Of a stretch of DNA of 64,000 bases, positions 44,635 to 58,858 are shown in pieces. The stretch lies in assembly GCF_009914755.1 (NCBI RefSeq), contig NC_060926.1; one strand, 5' to 3'. Under the pieces are notes generated by a model that worked only from the letters and a program-made list of their open reading frames with translations, searched no databases and was not told where the DNA came from. Numbering within the stretch: position 1 is the stretch's first letter; each line of letters opens with the position of its first letter. The stretch comes from the human T2T-CHM13v2.0 reference genome, Homo sapiens. Position numbers and translations under genes: made by a program.

Positions 44635-46750
44635 ACCATACAACAAGTGTCTAATGTGTGTAGAAGCTCTAACTAGGATAACTCGTTTAGTAAGTCATTT
44701 TTTTCTAAGACTTCATGTTGTATTTCAAACAGATTTCACTGCCCACTGCTCACCCCTAAGTTGGGCTTCTAAATTGAAATTCTGGACCACAATGCAAATA
44801 ATTATGTTGCAATATATTGGGGCAGCAAAGTAACTGACTTAAATATCCCATCTACTTTTCAGGGAAACCTGGGCTCCTTGGAGTCCCCAAGAAGCCATCA
44901 TTTGTTGAGCTTCATTTTCATGGTGGGAAAGGGTTTTTCTCTTGCAGCACAGTTATTAGAAAACGCAAGCTGTGTTGACGCAAATTTTCATAAGCTGTAA
45001 CAGAAGCGTCCCTTTCTTAAATAAGTCATCAGGACATAAAACTGAACTACTTTGCATGTGGCTTAGCAAAGCCATTGACGAGCTGTGTGGTCTCAGCCTT
45101 CTGTTTTCCCTCAGAGCCTTAAATGAACTACTCTCTATGGCCCTTACAGACCTCAGATGCTGAGATTCTCTGAGGTTCCTCCACTGGGACTGATGATTGG
45201 AAGCTTTCAAATAGGACAGATTTCTGGACCTGACATAACCCACTGAATTTGTGTCTCTGGGGGAGGGTCCAGGAGCTGCATCTGTAGGAAGTCCCCAGAT
45301 GCTGCTATTAGGGAGTTCTGGAGGCAGAGGTGTGGGCCATCAGCCATTCCGCAGTGGACCCCTTGGATGATAAATCCTGAACTGATTTTGATTCTGCATG
45401 GAGAGATGGACATAAATAAAGCCAAGAAGAAATCTCTGTTAAGCTGAGAAAGTATGCAGTTGTTTCTCAAGACAGACTGAATGGGCCGTGTCTGTAGGAG
45501 GAGAAAACTGTAGTCTTCTCAAATTCATTTTCTTTGTGATGTCCCCTAAACAAATCTGGTGGGAGATTTTCCTGTTGTCATCACTTTTTTGGGGGTTGGA
45601 TAGCTTTGATGTCTCATATTTTCACATTAAGAAGGAAAGGCAGAGAGAACATAGTACCATATAAAAATGATAATAACTTTAAAAGCTTCTGTTCTCTAAG
45701 GTGGGGCACATTCCAGGAAATGGTAGGAAGGGAACCAGTTCATGACCATCTGATGGGAGAGGATCTTGTCCCGGAGGGGAGGCGTACCTCAAACTCCTAG
45801 ACATTAGCCAGAGCAGTCGCTGGGTGTGAACTCCGTCTAAATTGCTAGCTTCCTGTCGTGTACTTAGATCCAGTGCCAAGTTTGAGGATGACTCCTACAC
45901 CATCTCTCTGGCATCATGCACGGATATGCACAGTGTGGAGAGAGAAACATGCGATGGGGCCACAGAGTGTAATACTGACCCATAGAGTACTATCCCAGCT
46001 TATCCTCAGGCTGCCGGAGACACACCCAAATCTGCAGGGCCAGAAGTCCATGTGTCAGAGTAGACAGAGAAGGATGTAACCTAACCCTTTGGCAGAGTCT
46101 TCTGGCTCAGAGAGACAATGCCAGTAAAGGAGGCAGATGGAAAGTGGTCAGCATCATCTATGGATTAATTAGTGCCGTCCACTGGAGCCCAGTCAAATGG
46201 AAGGTTGCCCAGGTATCCCAATGGTATTGTGCAGCTAATGTGATACATGATTTAGACGGCACGCCAAGCATGCTAACATAGACATAAATGGCCAGCGTGT
46301 TTTATCCCTGTCCAGTTATCCCTGGAATTATGTAATTTAAGATCAGGATAAAAGAAAAAAGAAACACAATCAAAGAATCACCAAGCTCTAGCTTTACAAG
46401 AATGATACATTTGAAATCAAAATACAATTTGATTTTGCAATGGATTGAAAATTGTTCATCCTACCAAGTAGTCCTTTGTTGAAATAGTCTCAGGTGTGCA
46501 AGGTCTCAAGTAACAAACCTATGGATAACTTCCTGAATGAACTATTAAAGATGACACAAAGATAAAAATGAGAGATTGGTAGAGCTGTTGTTAAAAGACT
46601 GACAGTGTGCGTTGAGATTAAGTAAACAAGTGTAATCACTGTACTTTGATTACAAAATGTACTAAACTAGAAACAGTCTTTGTCGTAGCTTATCTGTATT
46701 ATTAAAAAAAAGAACAAAACTTGAAACAAGCAAACGACAAATAAAAACAA

Positions 46751-47041
<291 letters not shown>

Positions 47042-47070
47042 ATAAAAACAATTTTTAAAAACAGGCTATA

Positions 47071-47403
<333 letters not shown>

Positions 47404-48089
47404 TCACCTAATTTCTTATATTCTGTAAAACAGTTCAATTTATTATTTTACAGCATAAATAGAAATGTATGGGCTTAAGAATGGCTTTGAAAGGTTTTGT
47501 TCCCTCTGATAGAATTTAAAGGAATGTATGACTTTCCATTGTACTATAGAGTGTAATGGCTAAGAAAATCCAGCATGTATGGTGACCGTGGCAAAAGGCC
47601 TCTTAAAATGTAGAGGAACAGACAAAATGGTGGTGCATGTGAAACACCCAGTAACATGAGCTCTGACATTATAAATGAGGAGTGTTATAATTAAGATGTT
47701 TTCTAAGCCAGCATAGATTTATGCTTACGCTTCTGATAAGAGCTCCGCCTGGCATTTGGAGCTACAGCTAGCATGCCGTGCTGAAGCTGACCGCACCCTC
47801 ACCCATCTTATCTATGCTAATGCCCACAGGAAGTGAAAGATACCATGCTTCTGTAATCTCACCCATGGATACATCTTTTGATGAGGAAGAAGGCAAGGGC
47901 TGATGCATGCAATACAAGTTATGAACATTTCTGTAAGCAGGGAAATAGCATCCACAGATACCACGTCATTTCTTTATTTCACCATTACTTTTGAGCAATG
48001 ACATTGGGTTTTCGAGAGAAAGACCCTTGCTCCATTTGAACCAGCATTGTTTGCCATAAGACAACCAATAAACAAGCAACCAACCTAAC

Positions 48090-49170
48090 AATAAAAACAT
48101 CCATTGGTGACAGGAGCTATAAAGAGAACTGCAATGAGGTGATGTAATAGAGTGCTATCCTAGCTGGGTGGTGAAGGTGACACTCTAAGAGATGGCAACT
48201 GGCAGAATTCCAAAGAACAAGTGCCAGCCAGGTAGAAATGCAAGGAAGAGCATTCCAGGCAGAGGGAAGAGCTGACACAAAGGTAACAGGCAAGGAAATA
48301 TCCTGCCATCAAAGAAGAACCATGGAAAGTGTGGAGGGCCAGAGACAACACAGAGCATGGCTGGAGAGGAGAACAGAATGTGTTCAGTGATGGAAGCTGA
48401 AGTCAGGCTTACCTTGGTGAGCCAGGATGGGACTTTAGATTGTGTTTGTGTTTTGTAGGTCCATCAGTAAGGTTTATGCAGAGACTGCCATGATCTCATT
48501 CCAATGTTGTAAAAAATCATGAAAACGTGGAGACCACACTTTAGTGGGCTCTGGGAGACAGTAGCAGAATCCAGAAGGCCGGGTAGGAAGCCACTTCAGT
48601 AGTTGAGGTGTGAAAGATTGTGCCTTACACCAGGATGGTAGGGGTGGAGATAGAAGTAGATGAATTGGGAGCATGTTTTGGAGGCAAAGATAATAAGACT
48701 TGTTGAAGAACCAGACACAGGGAGTGAGAAAAGAAAGGTGATAGAATCTGCAGAAGGAGCAGGTTTGTGGGATCGGAATTGTTTTGGCCATGTTGAGCTA
48801 GAGAGGGCAATCAGGCATCCATGGGAGATGCCAATTATATAGTAGACACAGTGTCGGGAGTTGTGGGGAGGTGGAGACAAACGATGTGGAAGTCATTTGC
48901 CAATAGATGCTTTTAAAAGTCCTGGCACTAGTCAAGGATTACAGTGTGGTCAGAGAAGAGAGATGAGTCCAGGACAGAGAACCACATCAAGGGGAACAGT
49001 CAGGGGAGAGCCAGGAGGTGGCACCCAGGGCAGAAACCAAGAAGGAACAGCAGGGAGGAGAGAGGGAGACCAGGAGAACATGGTAATGAAGATGCCAAGA
49101 CAGGGAGGCGTTTCCAGAAGGGAAGGCATCTGTCTGTGGTGTGCTAAGAAGCTGAAGTGATGATACCAGT
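48090..49170 (-). mobile_element. L2 remnant
   Basis: Purine-rich antisense L2 motifs (gcattccaggcagaggga, gttttggccatgttgagctagag); boundaries approximate. Confidence 0.75.
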
Positions 49171-49407
49171 AAAATGGACAGTATCACCACTCATTTGAAT
49201 GAGATAAAAACATGCAAAGTTGACATTTGATTGCAACGTGAGGTTGATATCCACTTAGTCTTCGAAGGAAAATATACTTGGTTCCTTTATGAATTGTATA
49301 AGGGGATTTAGAAAAAGTAGGCAAGTGCTCCAAGTTGAAAGAAAAATACTTCATTTAAAAGTTCACATTAAAAAGTTGGAAAAGCCAAATCTTTCCCCCT
49401 TATAATT

Positions 49408-49410
<3 letters not shown>

Positions 49411-49446
<36 letters not shown>

Positions 49447-49460
49447 ACAGACATACACAC
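49411..49460. repeat. (CA)n microsatellite
   Basis: Direct observation. Confidence 0.95.
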
Positions 49461-50671
49461 GTGCACAGAGATTTTTAAATTGGGGTTTTAATACTCACAT
49501 ATTTATAAGGCACTTCATATCTTGATAACATCTGCATGGTGTGATTTACCTGCATGCAAATTTGGAAAGGATGTTATAAGAATCTGACCAGATGCATGAG
49601 GGTGTGTCCCCGTGTCCCACATGTGGCTGTCATCCCTCAGTGTACTGCGGCAGCAGAGACTGAGACAGCCACTCTGGGGTGGTGTCCAGGTGTGGCCCTG
49701 GAGCCCTCTGTGTCCTGGCCAGCCACTCTGTGCTGTGAGCTGAGTGGAGTCTCAAGTGGGAGGCCAGCCTCACCTCTGGAGCTGACGGTTTTACCATGAT
49801 TTTTTTTTTCTTACCAGTTTGACCAGTTTTCGCTTTTAGACAACAGGTAAGCTCCGTGAGGAATTTCTCTAGTTTCTGCATCAAGCACATCATCATCACG
49901 ATATTAACATCAGACGGAGAGTGATAGTAGTATGGCCAACCACCCCTGTGGGCTGCCAATGGGCTGGCAGCGCCATAACTTCTGCCCCAGCCTGCCCTCT
50001 CGTCCACCATCATTCACCACACAGCATGGGCAGAAAGATGCATCCTGTCAGTAGAACATTTGAGTTCATTTATTTATATCAGATGTACCAAAATGACAAA
50101 ATTGTTTCTTCATAAATGAAATAATAACCTGAGAAGGAGAGAAATGGCATCATTAAGAGCTAGGGAAATAGAAGTGAAGACAGTTATAAGTAAACCTCAG
50201 GCATTCCTCTTCTGTGGAAAATGTTAATGTCTTTTGCCAGCATTAGAAAATATGTTTGTGATGTTTACAGCATCCACAAAGTAATTAAGCTCCTGGCCAT
50301 ATAAAAATTGCCCACATTGACTTAGCTCCAGCCGTGTGCATTTGGCTGCAGGAATGAGATTTGAGGTCTAAACCTGAAGCCAGTCAAGTTATTAAGGGCT
50401 ACTTAGTGGCATATCTAATTATGCATAGAAAAATGTGTTTCCAGAATTGCATCAAGCGGAGCTAACGGTGACCATAATGGCATTAATATAGATAGAAAAG
50501 CTTTACATGCGAGAAGGCCCATCATTATGTCATCTATAATGGCAAAAACAAAAGAAAACAATAAAAACAGGGGAAATAATAAATTATGGCATAGTATTGG
50601 AATATTATGCAGACAGAGGGTTTTTGTGGACTATTTCAGGTTATGGGAAAATATTCATTGTATAATCATAC

Positions 50672-50962
50672 TTTTCTTTTTGAGATGGAGTCTCACTCTT
50701 TTGTCCAGGCTGGAGTGCAGTGGCACAATCTTGGCTCACTGAATCCTCTGCCCTACTGGGTTCAAGCTATTCTCCTGCCTCAGCCTCCCAAGTAGCTGGG
50801 ATTACAGGCACCCACCACCATGCCTGGCTAATTTCTGTATTTTTAGTACAGACAGGGTTTCTCCATGGTGGCCAGGCTGGTCTCAAACTCCTGACCGCAG
50901 GTGATCCGCCCATCTCAGTCTCCCAAAGTGCCAGGATTACAGGCATGAGCAACCGCACCCGG
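50672..50962 (-). mobile_element. AluS
   Basis: Reverse Alu dimer. Confidence 0.93.
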
Positions 50963-51156
50963 AGGATAATAGATTTTTTTTTTTTAAAGCAAGAAACAAC
51001 AGCATAAAAGATGGCAGGAAATATACCAACAGGTTAACAAATATTATTGCAAAATGAAGGGAACATGGATGATGGTTTTTTACTCTTTTCTGTATTTCCT
51101 AAAGTGTCAAGAATGAATGTATGTTTTATAAATCAGATGATGCCATCTTAGGATGG

Positions 51157-51521
51157 TGATATGGTTTGGCTATGTCCCCACCCAAATCTCATCTTGAAAT
51201 GTAGTTCCCGTAATCCCCATGTGTTGTGGGAGGGACCTGGTGGGAGGTAATTGAATCATGGAGGTGGGTTTTTTCCCATACTGTTCTCATGGTAGTGAAT
51301 AAGTCTCATGAGATCTGATGGTTTTATAAATGGGAGTTCCTCTGCACACGCTCTCTTGCCTGCTGCCATGTAAGATGTGCCTTTGCTTCTCTTTCACCTT
51401 CTGCCATGATTGTGAGGCCTCTCCAGCCATGTGGAACTACGAGTTCATTAAACCTCTTTCCTTTATAAATTACCCACTCTCAGGTATGTCTTTATTAGCA
51501 GCGTGAGAACAGACTAATACA
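51157..51521 (+). mobile_element. THE1 (C/D-like) solo LTR
   Basis: TGATATGGTTTGGCT...GACTAATACA, 365 bp; perfect TSD GATGG at 51152-51156 and 51522-51526. Confidence 0.95.
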
Positions 51522-51599
51522 GATGGCTTCTTGTTGTAGGGGAAAAACATCCCAAGCTCGGAACGGGATCTGCATACCCACCCCTGCCTGCTTCTTTCT

Positions 51600-51985
51600 T
51601 CATCTCATTCCGCCCTCCCCTTCCCACAAGTCTGGGCCTCCTTTCCATTTCTCCCCATGAGGGAAGCTCTGTACCAAGAAGGCCACACACCTGCTGTTAT
51701 CTCTGCCCAGACCAGTGTCCCTAAGCTCCTCTGCCCTGCTCCTCATCTATGGCTGGTGGCTCCCTCTCATCATTAAATTCCTTGGAGGATCTTTTCTCTG
51801 CCTCCTCATCTGAAAGAACACCTGTCCTTTGCCCCACGTCTTCCGCAGCACAAGCCCAGCTCCGCCTGTGTGCTCCCTTGGTCCTTGTCTCTTGCTGACT
51901 TGTAGGCTCTTTGCTCATTTTTCCCACCACTATGGTAGCAGGCAGCAAACAGCAAGTGTTCAACACACATTTGTTGAACAAATTA
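51600..51985 (+). mobile_element. L2 3' end remnant
   Basis: Ends in the L2-type tail caacacacatttgttgaacaaat. Confidence 0.55.
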
Positions 51986-52009
51986 CACGTATGACAAGGA
52001 AAGCAATAT

Positions 52010-52730
<721 letters not shown>

Positions 52731-52768
52731 AATATAGTTTTAATATAAAACTCAATGTCCTTGAATGG

Positions 52769-53543
<775 letters not shown>

Positions 53544-53867
53544 TGTCAAGGGTGGCCCCCAGAAGTGTGGTTCTAAACAAGGCAGCAAGGGGGAGAGCGG
53601 GGGTTGTGGGTGGGAAGGAAGGTCTGTCAATAGCAGCACCACCCAGTTCAGGAACAAAAAGCTGCTGCCTGGTTGTTAACCTCTGAACTCCATGGCTGCA
53701 GCCCCCAAGTTAAACTGCTCCTTACTAACTGCAAACCAAACATGACGTCAGCCTGCTTGCAGTGCAGAGGCTGCAAGGAGATAATATTTATAGAGAATTC
53801 TTTGATTTCCTGGAGAAAGGTCAGAATCTGAATTGATGGGAATATAACTTCAGAATATGTAGACTCT

Positions 53868-54109
53868 TGCCGGGCGTACTGGCTCACGCCTGTAAGCCCA
53901 GCACTTTAGGAGGTTGAAGTGGGTGGATTGCTTGAGCTCAGCAGTTCAAGAACAGCCTGGGAAACATGGTGAAACCTCCTCAATACAAAAAAAAATAGCC
54001 AGGTGTGGTGGCACACTCCTGTAGTTCCAGCTACAGGTTCTGGGACTGTTCTGCCCACCTCAGCCTCCCAAAGTGCTAGAATTACAGGCATGAGCCACTG
54101 CACCCGGCC
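53868..54109. mobile_element. Fused inverted Alu fragments (+ 53868-54034, - 54051-54109)
   Basis: Sense Alu 5' portion, 16-nt linker, antisense Alu 5' end; no tails. Confidence 0.9.
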
Positions 54110-54145
54110 TGTTATGTGGTTTCTTAAGAAGCTACTCCTCCAGTT

Positions 54146-54441
54146 CCGGCAAGGCGGCTCATGCCTGTAATCCCAGCACTTTGGGAGGCCGAGGCAGGCG
54201 GATCACCTGAGGTCAGGAGTTCGAGACCAGCCTGGCCAACATGGCAAAACCCCGTCTCAACTAAAAATACAAAAATTAGCCAGGCGTGGTGGCATGTGCC
54301 TATCATCCCAGCTACTCGGGAGGCTGAGGCAGGAGAATTGCTTGAATCTGGGAGGCGGATGTTGCAGTGAGCCGAGATCACTTCACGCCACTGCACTCCA
54401 TCCTGGGCAACAGAATGAGACTCTGTCTTGAAAAAAAAAAA
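54146..54441 (+). mobile_element. AluSx-like
   Basis: TSD AAGCTACTCCTCCAG at 54129-54143 and 54442-54456. Confidence 0.95.
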
Positions 54442-54807
54442 AAGCTACTCCTCCAGCATTTCTTAATTATTTCCTGAGTGGTCCCTGGAGGTTCCCTTTG
54501 TCCCTCTGGGGATGCTTGAGTAGTAATAATTGCCCTGCCTTGCGTTAATATTGAGCGTTCAGATGGCTTCCATGAGCATGATTCCATTCTACTTTTTACA
54601 TGATCGCCCCAGGACTATCACATTCAGGTGGTCCTAAATAGGGACGGTTTAACCGTTAAAAAAAAAAAAAAAATAGAAGTGTACCAGCAGAATGAGTATG
54701 ATTGCAAATAACAGCAAATATCCGCTTGACATGGCTTGAGCAATAATGTATTTGTATTTAGTGGGTAGTGGCACATGCAGAAGTGAAGATAGGGGATTGC
54801 CAAGTCA

Positions 54808-55100
54808 TTTTTTTTTTTTGAGATGGAATCTCACTCTGTCGCCCAGGCTGGAGTGCAGTGGTGTGATCTCCGTGCTCACTGCACCCTCTGCCTCCCAGGT
54901 TCAAGGGATTCTCCTGCCTCAACCTCCTGAGTAGCTGGGATTACAGGTGAGCGCCACCACACCTGGCTAATTTTTGTATTTTTAGTAGAGACAGGGTTTC
55001 ACCATGTTGGTCAGGCTGGTCTCGAACTCCTGACCCCGTGATCCACCTGCCTCAGCCTCCCAAAGTGCTGGGGTTACAGGCATGAGCCACCGCACCCGGC
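54808..55100 (-). mobile_element. AluSg-like
   Basis: Reverse Alu dimer. Confidence 0.93.
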
Positions 55101-56198
55101 GAGTACCAACTCATCTAAATGGAAGTGTGCTCAGATAGCAAGCAGGAGACATGGACTTCTGTGGCTTCCCATGATAACTGGGTTATGAGGACCAACTTTA
55201 AGCCTATATGTCAATCAGTTTATATGAGGTTGGACTGATTTCTACTGTGTGCAGCCTCTACAGGAGCATTTATACTGGTTTCCTTTTTTTTTTTCTTTCT
55301 ACCTGTAGATATCTTTAAGATAAACAAGCTGAACACCATTAACTATGGTAACCTCTGCCATGCTGTCTCTGTTCCTTGAGATCAGATAGAGCCCGGACAG
55401 CAAAGAAGCACGTGGCCCTGATATTAAGATACAAGCATGCCAACAGCTTGCATTAGTATTTGTGGAATGGATGAGTGAGTCATGATATATTTCCCCAAGC
55501 TTCAGCTGGGTGTGTTTTTCATGTAACCATTACTCATAAAGTGTAAAGGTCAATTATGTTAGGAAGGAAGGAATGATTTTTGTCATCCATGCATAGGACA
55601 CTCAGGTATGCTTCCCTGAGCTTCATGGAGCATGGTTCCCTGAGCTCACTCCTGCAAAGGCCACGCCTATTCATGAATGTTGACATTAACCAGAAGGTAG
55701 GGACTGTATATGTGAATTGAGCTTAAATCTGAGCTGAGGAATTCTATGACAAGTAACTTCAAACACGTCACTGAGTTTGAGTTTACCATAATGCATAAGA
55801 CTATTTCTAAAACTTGTAATTGCTTCTGTTTATTTACAGAGTTTGATGCATATTTGAGCATTTATTTACTTATTCAAAATTCAAAAAGTTCCAAGAAGTA
55901 TAAAAATGGCTGAACAGTGGCAAGAATTTTAGAAACCATAGAAAAAAACCCGACATTATTAGGGAACAAAACAAATAGACTAGGAGATAAAAATGAAGTT
56001 TTGTGTTGCAGAAGCTGGCAGGGATCCCCAGTGAGAGAAAAGAGGTATCAGGATGAGGAGAATGATAACCACAGCCTCATCACATAGGAGAGCGGCTGCT
56101 TCCGTCAACAGGGTGTGTGCTCACAGCTTCAGGTCTGCACCGCACAGCATGATGCTGAGACAGGAGGTCAGCACGTCACATAATTACAACTATATTCT

Positions 56199-56944
56199 TG
56201 TAGATGGCAGGATAATGGCATCCCCCCACCCTGCCCCCAAAAGATGTCCATGTCCTAATTTCAGGAACCTATGAATGTGTTATATGACATGGTAAAGAAT
56301 TAAGTTTGTAGCTGGAATTAGGGTTGTCAATCAGTTGACCTTAAAATAGGGAAATCACCTGGGTTATGCAGGTGTACCATCACTAGGGCCCTTAAATGCG
56401 GAAGGAGGCAGAAGAGACAGGTGGGCGGGCGCGGTGACTCACACCTGTAATCCCAGCACTTTGGGAGGCTGAGGTGGAGGATTGTTTGAGTCCAGCAGTT
56501 TGAGACCAGCCTGGGCAAGATAGTAAGACTTTGACTCTACAAAAATAAAAAACTAACCAGGCATGGTGGTGCATGTCTGGGGTCCCAGCTACTCAGAAGG
56601 CCGAAGTAGGAGGATCACTTGGGCCCAGGGGGGTTGAGGTTGCAGTGAGCCATGCCACAATTTTGTCTGCACTGCAGCCTGTAGTGCAGAGCGAGACCCT
56701 GTCCCCATCCCCCACCAAAAAATAATAATAATAATAGACAGGTCGATGAGATGTGACAAAATATCAACCCTCTGTTAAGGCCACCAAAAATAAAAAATAT
56801 TAAAAGGACACACAGCCCTGCCAACACCTTGATTTTAGCTCATGCCAGACTTCTGACCTTCAGAACTCTAAGATAATAAATTTGGTTTGTTTTAAGCACC
56901 ACATTTGTGGTAATTTGCTACAGCAGCAATAGAAAACTGATACA
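56199..56944 (+). mobile_element. MLT1D-like LTR interrupted by an AluJ
   Basis: ggcaggataatgg...cccaaaagatgtccatgtcctaat...cagcagcaatagaaaactgataca. Confidence 0.85.
56423..56735 (+). mobile_element. AluJ
   Basis: J diagnostics; TSD AGACAGGT. Confidence 0.92.
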
Positions 56945-57807
56945 ATTATATTAATAATTTTAAAGACGGCATATTTTGCCAGGTAGAGTGAATCATCATT
57001 TTGAATGACTTTGAATCCAGAAGAAAATTTATGTAAGGAAAGGGCTTAATTGAAAACTAAAACATGAAAGTTCTTGGTGGCTGTGAAGGTTTTTCCTAGG
57101 ACTGGAAATCCCCTGGGCTCCCCTCACACTTTGAAGTCAACCTAATTGTAGGGCCATGCCTCGATCCTTTCGGGAGATAGGTGTCCCTGTTAGAGTCTTC
57201 AGGTGTATGTTATACTTCAGGTGTCTGCAATTACCTTACCCAGGCCTATAAGCTCCTTGAGAACAGGGAACATATTTGTCTAATTTTCAGGACCAAATGC
57301 AACATCCAGCCTCTAATTGGGGCTTAATAGGTATTTGTTGAATAAATATTTCCAGTGTCATTGATGCAATATTCTGACAAGTAGAAAGATCAAAGCTGGG
57401 AAGACGGGGGCTGGGGTGGAAGGAAAATAAATGACGTTTTGATTTTTTAAAGGAACAAAACTTTAGATAAGGCCAGTTTCAAATCATCTTGGCTTTGTTG
57501 TGTTTTCATCTCTCCAGAATTGGACTTCTGTGCTCAATTCAATGAAAACACTCAGAGCACAGATTGGGATCACGGACTTATTTTCAAAGCATGTTCCCAC
57601 ACATATTAACAATTGCTCAAAATTAACTGTAGCATCTGTTTAAAGTTGAATCAAATTGAATTCTCTATTTATAAAAATGGAGTTTACATAAGAGAATGGA
57701 AACCATGTACAGACATTTAGCATGACACTTCTGCTTACACCATTTCAACAAATAAAAAGAAATTATTGTTCTGGGAGAAATACACATTCCAAATCTTTGT
57801 AAAATGA

Positions 57808-58122
<315 letters not shown>

Positions 58123-58724
58123 CAGAAATGGAACAACTCTTAATGAGTGACATGAGCTACCAGATAAAGGAACACTATATAAATTTCAGGGTCCAGGGTC
58201 CTAGAAGTGCCTGGAGCTGAGCCCCTGCTCCCCAAGTCTGTACACATGCACCCTGGGTGCTCAAGCCACAGGCCCTGTTGTAATGGGAAGAGAGAATTCC
58301 CTCTTGCAGGAAAGCGGGCTACAAAGATGAAGGGTGGTGGGTGGCAAGAGAGGCCCGGACACACCCTGGGCCCAAGCCTCACTGGTAATGGTTGGAGGGT
58401 GGTGGGAAAAGCCATAGGAGATTCTGGGGGAGGTCACAGGGATGGGGGTGAGAGCGAGCTAAGTGGTAGCCAGTGGCGGGGCCCCTGGTGGTTGGGTTTT
58501 ATTGGGAATGAGGCCGGGCAGGGAGTGACTATAAGACCCAGCTGGTCGTGGCAGAGGTGGGAAGGGAATTTAGGGAACTTGCTCTCTTGGCTTCATGTCT
58601 GGGGACACAGCACGGGTGAGGCTGGTGGGTGGGTTGACCTGCTGGTGGTCCCTTCAGACCCCTGTCCCAGTTAGTCCCTGGGGACCCGTCCCTTTGGACC
58701 TGACTCCTTGGGGTTGAGTTTCCC

Positions 58725-58858
58725 CTTTCACCTGGCCAGGATTTAGCATCTTCTTCTGGAGGAATGAGGAGGTTTGGGTGACCTGCCTCTTCCTCTTTCA
58801 CCTGGCCAGGCTTTAGCATCTTCATCTGGAGGAACAAGGAGGTTTGGGTGACCTGCCT
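58725..58858. repeat. 70-bp tandem duplication, about 2 copies
   Basis: ctttcacctggccagg...ggaggtttgggtgacctgcct starts at 58725 and 58795. Confidence 0.93.

Noticed and set aside
49009-49026. CTCF-like CCAGGAGGTGGCAC
   Set aside because: Single imperfect match inside an L2 remnant; unsupported without ChIP data
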